Below are positions 1-13,029 of a DNA stretch of 64,000 nt, piece by piece. Origin of the DNA: Octopus sinensis (Eukaryota); contig NC_043001.1 in NCBI RefSeq assembly GCF_006345805.1, positions 39,308,001-39,372,000 of the forward strand, given 5' to 3'. The stretch's first letter is position 1; the number at the start of each line of letters is the position of its first letter. The notes under the pieces were generated by a model that made no database searches, had not been told where the DNA came from, and saw nothing but the letters and a program-made list of their open reading frames with translations. The position numbers and the translations under genes are program-made.

Positions 1-187
1 TGTGGTGAGAATGGATGAAGATAGGTATGTGAAAAAGTGCCAATCCCTAGCAGTTGAGGAACCCAGGAAAACCTGGGACGAGGTGGTGAAGCACGACCTT
101 CGAACTTTAGGCCTCACCGATGCAATGACTAGTGACCGAGACCTTTGGAAATATGCTGTGCGTGAGAAGACCCGGCATGACAAGTGA
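1..187 (+). mobile_element. 3' end of an RTE-clade LINE ORF (truncated by the window edge)
   Basis: ORF 2-187 (MDEDRYVKKC...KTWDEVVKHDLRTLGLT...WKYAVREKTR) matches the C-terminus of the longer RTE copy at 42200-42480. Confidence 0.85.
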
Positions 188-215
188 GTCAGAGTAGAGT
201 CACTATTATATATTC

Positions 216-417
216 CTATATATGTGATTAGTATGTATTCTTCTCTGACATGCCAGTTGCAGAAATGATTTTGATGCTGCTGTCATTTGGATGATCCCCG
301 ATGACATCTTTTCTTCTATATATGTGATTAGTATGTGATTCTTCTCTGACATGCCAGTTGCAGAAATGATTTTGATGCTGCTGTCATTTGGATGATCCCC
401 GATGACATTCTTTTCTT
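216..417. repeat. Tandem duplication, 2 x ~100 bp
   Basis: ctatatatgtgattagtatg...gatgacat(t)cttttctt starts at 216 and again at 316, nearly identical. Confidence 0.9.
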
Positions 418-2339
418 CTTAAAATATGTTTTGGTTTAAAAGGTTTACCTTTGCTCATTAAATTTTTGTCTTTTCAGGTTAGTTCGTATTACCCAGTTTT
501 TTAACCAACATTTTGGTGAGGATTATGATTTCTAGGTAGGAGATGTAATCAATAGTTTTATTGAAACTTAGCTTCTCTAATTTCAAAATTCAGTGAGCTA
601 CCTTCAGTTAAGGATAATAAATGTGTTAGGTTGGGTACATCATTAGCTTTGTGACATCTTCATTATGAACTACATTGGTCTTTTCAAATTCAAAGTGATA
701 TAATGCTTCAGTGGCATTGAATATAAAATTGAAATTTTAAGGTTTTGAATTGATTCAATCAGTAACTGTTTTGACAATTTTTGAATTCAAATGTCTAATT
801 TCTTAAAGTTTCTATCTTAGGGTGAGATATTTCAATTAAATATGTCTCTGCAAAACATTACTTGGATTTTTATCTATCCATTGATAGTGGATAAGAATAC
901 TGAAAATACTGAAAGAATATTGATAGTGGATTAGAAGAAATTAAATTTGCCCACTAAAAACCCAGTAAAAATATGTCAGTATGTAGAAATAGGGTAGATG
1001 TAGATGTTTACAGTATACACCATTAGAAGTAGAGAGCAAAAAACAGACATTAGAGACCAGAAAAATCACAAATACTGGAAATCCTCTAAATTGGAGAAAC
1101 TGATATTTGTTTGGTCACAATAAATTTCTTAATAAAATCAAGGATCAAGAAACCCAAATCATTTTTTTAATTCTCTTGCTAATTTGTTTTTATTTACAAA
1201 AGGTCATGCTCCTAATCTGAGTAAGTTCTGAAGCTTAAACAACAGCAAGATTGCATAGAATGGGTGTCATTAATATTACTCCCAAGGTAATTAGAATGAA
1301 TACAGCAGGATTAGTGTGTTAGATTAATGATGCAGATATTATTTTTTACAAACTCTCTAAGACTGTTAAGACTGATACAAATTATGTTCAGTTTTAAACC
1401 TTAATATCTACAAGTAAGTCATAAGTGGGAAGGGAATTTCACAGAGTTCAACTCTGGAAAGGTTTGATTATGCATAGTGGTCAATGAAATACAAAAGTGA
1501 CAAGAAGAATGGGAGAGACAAATGTATTGGGTGAACTTGGATGGATGTTGTTTAAAGCTAGGAGCAGTGATTTGAGTAATAATAGAATAAGCAGAGAGAA
1601 GAGACAGCACATGTATGAGTGAGAGGTGGTGTGTGTTACAGAGTCATTACCAATTAGTGGGGCTTTCATTGAGTTATGACACATGATGTTTGTATGGATA
1701 ATAGCAAATCTGTCCTGGGTGTAGCAGCAGTAATTCTTTGTGGATCTTACTTGAATTAGGTAGAAAATTAGTAATTTAAAGGCTGAAGTATTTTCTAACT
1801 CTGACGGGAAAAGGTTGTCTTTGGGATGCTGTTTCAGCTAGGTTAAGTATGTGGATTTTCAGAATATATCACCAGAAATTGTGAAACCTAATGACTACAA
1901 CCTTAATATTATTCAGTTTTGTCTGTCTCAGTTCCACACAGGTTGACTTTACTTTTCCTTACTCTTAATTGATAAAGAAAATAGTAATACTTTCATGGCT
2001 ACACCCCTTCCTTAAATAATTACCAACTTTCCTGGCCAAAAAGACTGAACCCCATTGCAAAATGATCAGTGATAAGAAGGGAATTCAGCTGTAAAAACCA
2101 TGACACCCCCATCACCATAAAAAAGTCATATACACCAGAGACTGGTGGAGTATCAGATGATGATGGACTGTGACAAGTGGCAAGAGGCCAAAGTGGAACA
2201 AATCCTTCTAACTCATGCCAGCATAGAAAAACTAGGCATAAAACAATGATCATAGTGATGATGCTGATGCTAAAAGATGGTAAGAATATAACAAATTCAT
2301 GTATGTCACTCACAAGTGATCATGACTTGGTAGCATGAA

Positions 2340-2560
2340 CTATTCTTTTACAAATTGTTTTAGACACTTATGCAATCACGAGGAGACATAAATGCATGCC
2401 CTCTCAGTGTACCCACCCTTTACCTAGTAGATCATCAAGGAGGTGTTGGCTAAAGAGAGAGAGGGCTGTATCATTTGTTAGCTGGTACACATTTTCAGCT
2501 GAGTATACTAGAGCAATGTAAAGTGATGTGTTTTGCCCAAGTACACAATATGCCACTCTT
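2340..2560 (-). mobile_element. Degenerate SINE fragment (CORE-like central region)
   Basis: Minus strand reads ...attgtgtacttgggcaaaacacatcactttacattgctctagtatactcagctgaaaatgtgt, resembling invertebrate CORE-type SINE bodies (recalled similarity). Confidence 0.4.
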
Positions 2561-2661
2561 TGATGCAAAAGAAGTAAAAGATATTTGATGATTGGTGGAA
2601 ATGTTAGTAGTAGTAGTAGCAGCAGCAGCAGCAGCAGAAAAAATATTTATACTTAACATAC

Positions 2662-2910
2662 ATTTCAACAGGATATTAATTTTCTTTCTAGATGTGAAAT
2701 TTCCATGTTTTGTGCTCTTTGCAATGGCAACACAGAAAACATCACTGACATTTCTACGATTAAAAATTAATGGGAAGTTTGCAGGAAAACTTTGATTTCC
2801 ATACTCCAATCTCACTTCTGGGATAGGGTTTCCTTTTGCAGAGCAATCTAGAATGGATGTTTGGTTCTCAAAGAATATCACATTCTCTGATGCAGTAAGA
2901 TCAGGTACAT
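2662..2910 (-). CDS. IgSF cell-surface protein, 6th exon seen (Ig-like domain 6)
   Basis: Acceptor ttatttttatag at 2912-2911, donor gtatgt at 2661; 249 nt, phase 1/1. Encodes (Y)VPDLTASENVIFFENQTSILDCSAKGNPIPEV...DVFCVAIAK...INILLK with the C-x-A-x-G-N-P motif and a second Cys. Confidence 0.88.
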
Positions 2911-3134
2911 CTATAAAAATAATTAGATAAAATTATTAAAAATCACACACAGGAACATTTTTAAGAAACTTTATAAAACATTTTGCTACCAATTATTATG
3001 AAATTTGTTTAATTCCTTGAATCCTAACACTCTGCAAGGTATGCAGTTCCTACCCAATACCAGCCATTTACATGAAAATCACAGAAATAAACTGAAAAAA
3101 ATACTAGCAAATTCAACTGAAAAAGAAATGTAAT

Positions 3135-3292
3135 AAATATAATCCTTTCAACTATAGGCACAAAACCTGAAATTTCAGAGTGGGAGCTCCTTGATTACAT
3201 TGACCCCCAATGCTCAACTTCTACAGAATTTTGAACTTAAAATGTAAAGACAAATGAAATACTGCTAAGCATTTTGTCTGGGATGCCAGTGA
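3135..3292 (-). mobile_element. tRNA-derived SINE, degenerate copy
   Basis: Same body and tail (aaatgcttagcag...gtgcctatagttgaaaggatta) as the copies at 12.1-14.5 kb. Confidence 0.7.
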
Positions 3293-3534
3293 TATAACAA
3301 ATATGAATTATGTTTAATTTGTAATGAGATAACTTTTAAATCACTTCTTTTGTCTTCTGTCTTTGCCAAATTTTTCAATGGTTACCATCTCTAGTGCAAA
3401 TAGTGTTTATCTCTCACTTCCCAGTCCTGTCCCCACTGCACTGCCCAGTGTATCATTGCTATCCTGTTGTCCCTCACATCCTCAATATACTCAGGTTTCA
3501 CAGTCACTGCATTCCCCAACCTCTACTCACCCCT

Positions 3535-5186
3535 ACCGACAGGCTTTGTCCTTGAATGTGGCATGGTACCAGCACAGATTGGAAATCATTGTAGTAGAAC
3601 TTGATGACTATGACTTAGAATGGCTTCTGCTGTGAGGACAATGAGAGCTGGCATGTTCTCACCACAATGTGTCCACAAGACGTGCTAATGCATTGACTCT
3701 CTCCAAAATGTCATGTAATGAGGGAGAAGACTTTGTGGTAGTAGAGGAAGCTACTATGGGGTCCAAACAGATATGGTTAGGTGCTGGTTGCACTGTGAAC
3801 TCTATGATCTTGTCTGCCATGGTGGCTATCTGATTGAGCAAATTAGAATCGACTGTTGTCACCAGTATGGATTCAGCAGTAGCCGAGAGAGAAATAATTT
3901 CCTAAGCAGAGGATTGTCTTCAAGTGGTGTGTCACTGAGTTCACACAAATGACAAAGAAACTTAGATGGAGTCCTATCTCCCAGGTGCTCATCCTGCATA
4001 AGAGTCCAGAATTTACTATCCACAGATTGTGTGTTCTGATGGAGAACCTTGGATTTGATGGACACATAAGTCACATCCGGATGTGGGACAGTGATGAGAT
4101 CTTTCATTGAGCATGCAGGGGGTGCAGGCATCCCACAGTACAAGAGCTTTAGCTGCTGTTGGTGAGGCACCGCATGAGCCAAAAAAATGCATCCAACTGA
4201 ATAAACCAAAGTGTGATGTCACCAGAGTACGTGGGTAAGTTGAGAAGACTCATTTTTTTTTCTTTACAGAGGAGGGAAAAGAAAAGGACCAAAGAACTGA
4301 CAAAGTGTTGCTGGAATAGTAACGTGTGTGCAAGAAAAAAAAATTTTCCTAAGCAAAATTTGTGAATTGTGTGCAGCAATGAAAGAAAAAAAATTTTGTT
4401 TTGGGGCGCCAAACTTGTGTTGCAGTCCTCTGAACAAAAATGTTTGTGTGCTCGTCTTTTTTTTTGTTTAAGACGTCATCAGAAAATGGCAGGCAAACTG
4501 GTAACTTTGTTTTTCAACACATGAGGCAATCGGAATATTGCAGTAGACAGGAACGATGACTGAAAGTTGATGGACGGCTGGAGTTGTGACCATTGATTTT
4601 GGTTTTAGTTGGGAGTGAGCAAAAAACGCCATTCTGTAGTTCAGTTGAAACATCTACATGATAAAGCTTGTGGCTGCCAAAATCCTTTTTCCGTCGGGGT
4701 CGCCATTTTATAAAGGAATTGAAGGTTCATGATACCTGTGGGGTATCACCTTCTCACATTATAATTATTTTCTGTAGTCTTAAAGATCTGGAACTCGAAG
4801 AAGAAGCTTACAAGTGGATGTGATTCAATAATCATTTATTTTAGTTCTCATTCATGTGGCTCATTCCCGGTGACCATCTTCATGACAGTGCATGGTTTGT
4901 TATGGCTTCGTTCACGTGTAGTTCATTACTACTGGAGATAACAGGTGAGATTAGAGCGGGTTAAGAGCTCACTGTGAGCTGCCTACTTCACAGTGTTTCT
5001 CAGCATAAGTGAGAAGGAGAAAAGAGGGTAAATGTCTTAATGCTCCTGCTTATATAGTCGTTGCTGAATGAGAGTCTCGCACATGGCAAATGGTTGCAGG
5101 TGAGATATCACTCCTGTCTCAGACATGGTAATGGCTACCGGTGAGATCTTGTACAAAATGGCACTGGCTTCTTGTACCTCACTACA
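3535..5186 (-). mobile_element. Ty3/Gypsy (CsRN1-like) remnant: putative LTR, tRNA-Trp PBS and decayed gag
   Basis: Gag fragments LPTYSGDITLWFIQLDAF, EHLGDRTPSKFL, LRKLFLSRL, MADKI and LCWYH lie at ~4245-3535. The PBS-like TGGCGACCCCGACG (4705-4692) is a 13/14 match to the eukaryotic tRNA-Trp 3' end. The candidate LTR 4773-5186 is bounded by TGTAGT/ACTACA and contains a TATA-like and an AATAAA motif. No pol seen. Confidence 0.7.
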
Positions 5187-5944
5187 CATTCAATCAATAG
5201 TCTCTATTAATAGAATTTACTTTAGTAGGCATTTTGTAATGTCTACTGAAGAAAATTTTACTACAGCAGCTCAATAATAATAAACTTTGAGTATTTGGCA
5301 ACCATTAAATAAAACAAGAACTATACATGAATTATACATGAACCAATTAGGGAGCCTTTATACAGTGGATCAACCTGTTTGAAATAGAAGCCAAATTTTC
5401 TTTACATAATTCCCTTTCTAAAGAGTGGAAGTATACACCATTTAATGTAGTTTTAAATACACTATGTTTGAAAAATAGGATGGTCATAGCTGGAATATTT
5501 TCAGTAATTTGTCTCCTTACTGAAGGCTAACATTAGGATAAATAACATTTACGCATGAACTATAGAATAAAACAAGAGCAACTCTCATTAAAAATGTACA
5601 ACTGTAGACCTTCACAAAGGTCAAAACAAAGCTGAGCTCTATCAAACTGAACAGAAATAAGCAATATATCTATTTAGCTTAATAGAGCTGAACTGAAAGA
5701 TTGAAAAGGAATTACTATTAATTGACAATATAACCTGTGACATTTTCAAAAACTTGTTTGGCTGTTGTAAATAGTGCAATTTAAGAGTAGATTTTTTTTT
5801 CAGCAACATACAACCAAGTGAATACCCTCCATCAGGCATTTGCCATATTCTGAATGCCTTACTTCCCTGGGTATGGATATATTGAAACTCTGACATCTGG
5901 CAGCTGACTTGGCAGACACCCATAAAATTATTAACCATCTTACA

Positions 5945-7200
5945 TCTGGGTGCCAGTCAGGTGGTACTGACATGGGCCATGACTACAATTTCACTTGGTT
6001 CTATAGGTCTTCACAAGCATTATCCAATGATTGAAGTGTGCTTGTAAACATGCTAGTTATGGCATCAGCCATGACTATGATCTCACTTCACTTGCTGGAT
6101 CTTCTCAAGCACAGCATACCTCCAAAGGTCTTGGTCGCTTGTCATTGCCTCTGTGAGGCTCAACATTTGAAGGTCGTGCTTCACCTCCTCACCCCATGTC
6201 TTCCTAGGTCTACCTCTTCCACAGGTTCCCTTCTTTGCACAGCTTTCCTCATCCATATGCAACACATGACCATACGAGGGCACAACACATCTGATGCTGT
6301 CTCTCATGCACACCACATCTGATGCTTCTTATGTCCAACATTTCTCTTAGGGTGCTTACACTCTGTCATGTATGCACACTGACATCACACATCCAGTGGA
6401 GCATACTAGCTTCATTTCTTTCAAGCCTACGCATGTCCTCAGCAGTCACAGCCCATGTTTCACTGCCATGTAGTATGGCTGTTAGCAAACAGGCATCATA
6501 TAGTCTACCTTTCACTCTGAGTGAGAGGCCCTTTCTTACTAGCAGAGGTGGGAGCTCTCTGAACTTTATCCAGTCTGTTCTTATTTTAGCAGCTATGCTC
6601 TCAGAGGATCCACCCCTGCTACTGACTTGGTCACCTAGGTATTGGAAGCTATGAACTACTTCTAATTTTTACCCCTGGCATGTGATGGAATCTGTTTTGG
6701 TGTTTATTGCACCTGTGCATTTACCACACACAAAATCTATCTTTCCTGTTAACATTCCTTTGATATTGCTGTACCTCTTATGTGATTATAGCTTACACTG
6801 GGTACATCTTATGGAGTTTCTACATATGCCTTTTCTAGACATTGAGCAGGGCCATCTACCTGAAGGGATTTGTGATTTGTCTGCTTTCCTACTTACTTAG
6901 ACTTTAGTTTTTGCTAGGTTAACTCTGAGGCCCTTCAATTCTAGACCTTGCCTCCACACCTGAAACTTCTTCTCTAGTTCTGGTGGTGACTCAGCAAGTA
7001 AGGTCATCAGGATAGAGGAGCTCCAGGGGCAGCCTGTCTTAAATTCCTCTATTATTTCCTGAAGGACTATGATGAACAAGAGGAGTCTGAGGACTGATCC
7101 TTGATGAATCCCTACTTCTACCTGGAATTTTTCACTATACTCATTGCCAACCCTCACCTTACTGACAGCATCTCTGTACATGGAAAGTTGAGCAGGGATA
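5945..7200 (-). mobile_element. RTE LINE fragment (RT C-terminal half plus start of 3' UTR)
   Basis: Minus ORFs give VGIHQGSVL...FKTGCPW...GLRVNLAKTKV and GRGRPRKTWGEEVKHDL; homologous to 41400-42480. Confidence 0.9.
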
Positions 7201-7727
7201 AAAGGGAGTATAATATGTATGACAGTATGTTGTTTGAAAAAACAAACAGTATAATGTTTATGTGATCAATATACAGTGCAGGAATTTTGAGGCACACAAG
7301 AATGTGGTTCAGAGATTGTTATATTAACACATGTTATGAGAGAGTAGACTGATCAGAAACTTGCAATTCAAAAAATGAGATAGATGGTTTCTCAAAGGTA
7401 GGAATTTCTAATCAGACACTATTCAAAGCTTTGCTAATGTTAGGGACCATTGGTATGTGATATAGAAAAGCATGTCTCCAGTATATCCAGCTATATGCCG
7501 TTTAAAACTTAATAGGTTGAGATAATTTTGGTAACCCACAACCTTCAATTTGTATTTTTATTAAACAAGTTATTTTGGAAAAACAAAGAAAATCAATTAT
7601 GTAAAAATTTTCTGTTAAAAACCAAAATTAACAAAGATGAAGATGAAAATATCAGGGGTTTTTTTATTGAATGTAAATAACGAATTATTTCACAGATCTA
7701 TAATAGAATTTTAAGATTTCAACTTAC

Positions 7728-7979
7728 ATTCTACATTGAACCAATGTCTTTTATGTAATTCTCTTTTACTGCACTTGTTAGAAGCATAACAAGTGTAAAC
7801 CTTATTATTGTGTGTTCGATTGAGTTGAGGAAGTGTTAAATTTTGTGAGGTCTTATTACTTGGATCCCACCTGTAGCTGTACTTTTCTGGATATCCATTT
7901 ATTGCTTTACAATGCAAAATGCCTTTGGAACCTTCAAGGAAGGGTTCATCAGCTTTGATTTCTATTGTATGAGGTGGAT
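7728..7979 (-). CDS. IgSF protein, 5th exon seen (Ig-like domain 5)
   Basis: Acceptor ttccttttatacag at 7981-7980, donor gtaagt at 7727; 252 nt, phase 1/1. Encodes (Y)PPHTIEI...ILHCKAINGYPEKYSYRW...LNRTHNNKVYTCYASN with canonical C...W...YxC. Confidence 0.92.
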
Positions 7980-9879
7980 CTGTATAAAAGGAAATCAGAT
8001 TATTTACATAAATACTTGCATAAAGGTATTTTATTTTTTGCTGTTACATCAGCAATTAATATTCCGAGTTGCATTATATATAAAGTGAAGCATAAAAATG
8101 GGAAAATTTTCAATAAATTCTGTTAGTGTTGCAATCTTTAACACTGGAAGAAAATATCCAACACAAATTTTCAAATCCTAACAAATATAATCCTTGTATC
8201 CAGGAATTTCATCTGACTACCATTTAGATTTTGAAGATGTTGGCAAAATTCACTTAGCAATACACAGAGTTTCAGAAGAAAGGCTGTAAATTGGGACTGT
8301 TGATAATGATAGAATTATAATAAAATAAGGGAAGTTTAATGTCAAACTAAAATACAAAAAAAAACAGAGGTGTTTAAGGGAAAAAATTTGTGAAAATCTA
8401 TTGGTGAAAACTTTTTGTAAAGTTTTGCCTACATTTTGCCAAACTTCATGAATTGTATTACATTATTAATTTCATTTTTTACTTTCCTCAAAACAGACAT
8501 TTTTGAACCCATACTTACCAGATCTGAAGAGCATAGAATATTTCTTGACTCTGCTGTTTTCTAATATCCAGTTTAATTCCCAGAGTAAAACCAAATGGTA
8601 AGGTTAGTTGTAATGTATCTATAAACTGTACCTTTTGATTATCATACCTACTCTATTGACAAATATAAGAGAGTCAATTTTTTCTGACATATAGATTCTT
8701 AAACAATATATATCTTCCTCAAAACAGACATGCACTATCATCATAGAGATGAGGATCATCATCATTGCTGCCACTACCACTGTCATTTTGTGCCTGCTTT
8801 CCATGCTAGCATGGAGACTATATATTACCAAGCCGGAGAACTACATCTTGCTTAAAAGTCACTTTTAGCACAATTTCTATATATGGGTACCTTTCCTAGT
8901 ATCAACCACTTTACAGAATTTACTGGGTGTTATTTTCAGGGCATCAACACTAATGAAGTTCCCTTGTAACTTACAAGACTGAAGAGTTGTTCAACTAACA
9001 GGGAAGAGAAGAGATAGGGTAGATGCTTTAAACAAGGAGTTAAGATGTTAAAGTATGACTGTAGAGGTTGGCAGAAACAGGTTGTTGTAAGTGGAAAGAT
9101 GTATGGCAACTATTTATTTTGCATTGATGGGTGGGGAAGACTGGAATGGGATTTAAGAGGTAAATATGATGACAAGGTACCATGCCCATGAAATAAATGG
9201 AAGAGAGAAGGATACAGGAAAATAATGAAGGATAGAGTGTCAAAGGAGAGTGAGGTGGATATAAACATGAGGTTAATGAGGACACCAACAAACAGGAGAT
9301 AAATGTAGAGAATGGTGAACAAGGGTGAAGGTAATCGGCATGAGTGGGGGACAATTGAGTATGAAGAATGGAGGTTGATTGGGAGTAGTATAGAGAAAGG
9401 TGGTGACCAGCAAGACAGAGATGGTAATGGTATGGTATATAGTAGCTGGTTCTATATCAATTTCTTACAAGAGCAGACAAATATAATAGATTGAGAAGTG
9501 ATAGGGTGATGAAGGGTGGGATTAAGGTTGCAAGTGGAAGAGACTGAGGGGATGGGATGCTGGATATAGAGTTAGAGATTGTGAGTGTGATGTGAGGATA
9601 GGATGATAGAGGTGGAGTTGAGGGTGTGAGTGAGGTGAGTGTGAAAAATGGAAACCAATAAGGAAAGGAATGTGGTCCTGGAGGACAAGAATGAAGAATG
9701 AGTGTTAATAGGAAGTGGCAGGGATCAAAAGTTACAAATGGAGATGAGAGTTTAAGATGGATACTAAGAAAGAGTGAGGTGGGGGTCATCAGTTGTCAGA
9801 ATGAGGAGAATGGAGGTGGCTTGGAGGAGGAACCAGTTGTCTGGATAGAAGATGGGAAGACTTGGGTGCATAGTGTACA

Positions 9880-10980
9880 TATATATTATGCTTTGAGAGC
9901 CTCAGCCATGATGGGCAAGCATAAAAAGATGAATCTTGTTGAGGACTGCATATCACTAATCATCTCCGTTTGTCATCTCTTCCATGAGTTCCAGCATCCT
10001 GAGATGAATCTTCTCTACCTCATCCCTTGTCTTTCTCTCACACAGGTTTATTCTACTATTAGTGATCATCACTTTTATATACAACTGTCTTCATCCATAC
10101 ATATTATATGCCCAAACCAATTCAGTCTTCTCACTTGCACATTATATTTGATTCCTCTACTGGCCAGTTTTTCTCTCAGCAAATTTGTACTCTGTCAATC
10201 ATGCACACCAACACTGCATATCCAGTAGAGCATGCCTGCTTAATTTCTTTTTAGTCTTTTCCAGTCCTCCACTCCACATTCAAGGCTCATGTCTCACTAT
10301 CATGAAGCATTCAAAGTTGAAAATAGAGTCTGCTTTTCACTTTCAGAGAAAACTTTATGACAGAAGTAATAAATCCATGAACTTTGCTTGGTTTTTACAC
10401 TGGCCACTATACTTTGAGAACATCCACAACCAATGGTGTTTTGATCACCTAGATAACAGAAGCTATCTGTTACATCATGTGATCTTCCTAGGCTTTTGAA
10501 GGCATCATTTCCCATGTTCACTTTGAGTTTAGCACACCTGCCACATACAATGTCCATGTTGTCAGTCAACCTACCAATAATTCCATTGCACCTCTTGCAC
10601 ATCCACAGTTTGCACTGGATACACTGTATCAAGCTTCAACTCATTCCTTTTTTACGTATCAAATAAGGTAATTTTCCAGGTGGAAGAAGGTTCAGCACAT
10701 TTGTACTCCGGCAATCATGCACACTAACATTTTCTGATGACTAAGACTTTATGTTTGCCAAGGTAATGTTGTGACTCTTTGATTCCAGGCCTTGCTTTCA
10801 CACCTGCAATGTTTTCTCAATCTTACACCAGCTTCAGCTATAAGAACAAGGACAATGGATTCCTCCAGCCTAACAGGTACCTCACCTGTAGTTGACTCAT
10901 TAGGAATATGATATTAGCAATACTTTTTTCTGGTACAAAGCTGAACTGCATTTCATCTAGGTTAACTCTTTTCCTAATCA
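9880..10980 (-). mobile_element. Degenerate RTE LINE fragment
   Basis: IQCIQCKLWMCKRC...CGRC...DSFCYLGDQ matches the post-RT Cys-rich region of the 41.6-42.2 kb RTE. Confidence 0.75.
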
Positions 10981-11402
10981 ATTGAGCCATAACTCTTTTT
11001 CTTACTTTGATGACCTGGTCCAGCAGATTAATATCCCCTTAATTACTTATCTCTGTTCTCAAATAAAATTTAAATACTTAGCCACAACAATAATATTTAT
11101 TCATATCAGAATTTGATCATGAGTTTATTTCCTCTGAATATTCAACTTACATGATAAATACCACACACAAATTCCAATAATTCAATTACATTCATGGTTC
11201 TGGAAAAATAAAATAACTCCCACCCATTTTGGTATCACAGAATATTGTTTATTGTTTTCTTCACTCAAAAACTACAGACAAACCAACATTTACAAAAGAC
11301 TAAAATCTTACATTTTACTAATCTCCTCATATTTAAATTAAAAAAAGAAAATGATAAAAACAGAAGATAAAAATTTTCAAAAGATGCTTCATGTATACTC
11401 AC

Positions 11403-11657
11403 AATAAATAGTTAAATTCTTTTCACAAGACACATTTGCAGCAATATGAATGCCCAGACACTTGACTGTTTGATGAGATTTGGAAGGTATTACATTAATT
11501 TCAACTTCTTCTTTACTAGTATTTGAGTATTTTTCATACTTCAGGGTTACACTTGCTGGTGGATCACCACCTTTCCAACTGCAGCGGAATTTGGTTGGAG
11601 TATCAACACATACTTTTCCTCTAGAAACATCTAGTATCATATTGTCTTCTGGAGAAT
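11403..11657 (-). CDS. IgSF protein, 4th exon seen (Ig-like domain 4)
   Basis: Acceptor ...gaaattcatag at 11659-11658, donor gtgagt at 11402; 255 nt, phase 1/1. Encodes (Y)SPEDNMIL...KFRCSWKGGDPPASV...TVKCLGIHIAANVSCEKNLTIY. Confidence 0.9.
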
Positions 11658-12113
11658 CTATGAATTTCAGAACATAAAGAGTTAAAAGAAAAAAAAAAAT
11701 ATTTCAAGCAAAATCAAATTGGTGTACTTAATAGAAAGAAAAGCATAAAAAACATATGAAAAGAAAACAAGTATATTTTGAAGAAAATCAGTTATTTTTT
11801 CAAAATTTTGTTAGTATAATTCTAATAATAGATTTGAGCATTGGCAAAAGAGGATAAATTTTAGGAGAAAAGCACATTTATAATGAATTAGGCAAAAAGA
11901 CAACAATTTCAAATGGAGAGACTAAGTCAATACCAATGATCTAAGATGGGGTATCTCTTTTATTGATCCTGGTGAGATGTAAGTCAAAGTCAAATTCACT
12001 TGAATTTAAACTCAGAATGTAAACAGTCTTAACTAAATAATGCATAGTATTTTGTCTTGTGCACTACTGATTGCTTATTTACCACATGGTAGTACTAATT
12101 ACTTTGGATCTCA

Positions 12114-12305
12114 GGGCAGCAAACTGGAAGAACCGTTAGCACATCAGGAAAAATGATTAACAGCATTTCAACTATCTTTACATTCTGAAGTCGAACTTCA
12201 CTGAGATCAACTTTACATTTCATCTTTCTGGGATGGATAAAATAAGTACCAGTTGGACACTGGGGTCAGCTTAATAGACTTAGCCCTACCCCTGAAATTG
12301 CTGGA
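12114..12305 (+). mobile_element. tRNA-derived SINE, degenerate copy
   Basis: Shares gttagca...atttca...ttctga...ataaaataagtaccagtt...cactggggtc with the neighbouring copies. Confidence 0.7.
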
Positions 12306-12524
12306 AATGTGCCAAAATATGAAACCAATAATAACTTTTGATTTTTGCTCAAGGCCAGCAATTTTGAGGTGAAGTATGTTAGCTGATAACTTCAACCACC
12401 TGACTTTATTTCTTAATTTATCAACATTGGAAGGACTAAGGGTGAATGTAATCTCACCTGGAAATGCATGCAAATACAGTAACACATCTTGTCTGACACT
12501 CTAATGATCTGTCAGATTGATATC

Positions 12525-12974
12525 ATAATAATAATAATAATCCTTTCTACTAAAGGCACAAGGCCTGAAATTATAGAGGAGGAGACTAGTTGATTACATC
12601 GACCCCAGTGTTTCACTGGCATTTAATTTATTGACCTCCAAAAGATGAAAGGTAAAGCTGACCTCTGTGGAATTTGAACTCAGAATGTAAATATGGATGA
12701 AATGCTGCTAAACATTTTGCCCAATGTGCAAACAATTCTGCCAACTCACCATCTTGAATAATAATAATACTAATAATCTTAACTACTAAAGGCACAAGGC
12801 CTGAAACTTGGAGGGAGAGGACTAGTCAATTACATCCACCCCAGTGTTTTACTGGTATTTAATTCATTAACCCCAAAAGGATGAAAGGCAAAGTTGAACT
12901 CAGAATGTGAGATTGTATGAAATGCTGCTAAGCATTTTGCCCAGCATGTTAACAATTCTGCTAACTCACCATCT

Positions 12975-12977
<3 letters not shown>
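12525..12977 (-). mobile_element. Two tandem copies of the same tRNA-derived SINE in (AAT)n tracts
   Basis: Each begins caagatggtgagttrgcagaattg and ends ggccttgtgcctttagtag(aaagg)...att. Copies span ~12525-12760 and ~12765-12977. Confidence 0.85.
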
Positions 12978-13008
<31 letters not shown>

Positions 13009-13029
13009 TAATAATGATGATGATGTGGG

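Noticed and set aside
420-2600. A 7th Ig exon or transmembrane exon
   Set aside because: No ORF with suitable splice sites and Ig or TM features; the purine-rich blocks here and at 9050-9870 and 23760-24450 appear to be unclassified decayed repeats.
4445-4481. CUGAUGA-cGUCUU...AAGAC on minus
   Set aside because: Followed by GAGC rather than GAAA and no stem I or III; not a hammerhead.
8520-8620. Possible extra Ig-gene exon (ag...CTG|gtaagt) between 17-bp direct repeats ttcctcaaaacagacat
   Set aside because: About 100 nt, not phase 1/1, no Ig motif; looks like decayed TE sequence.
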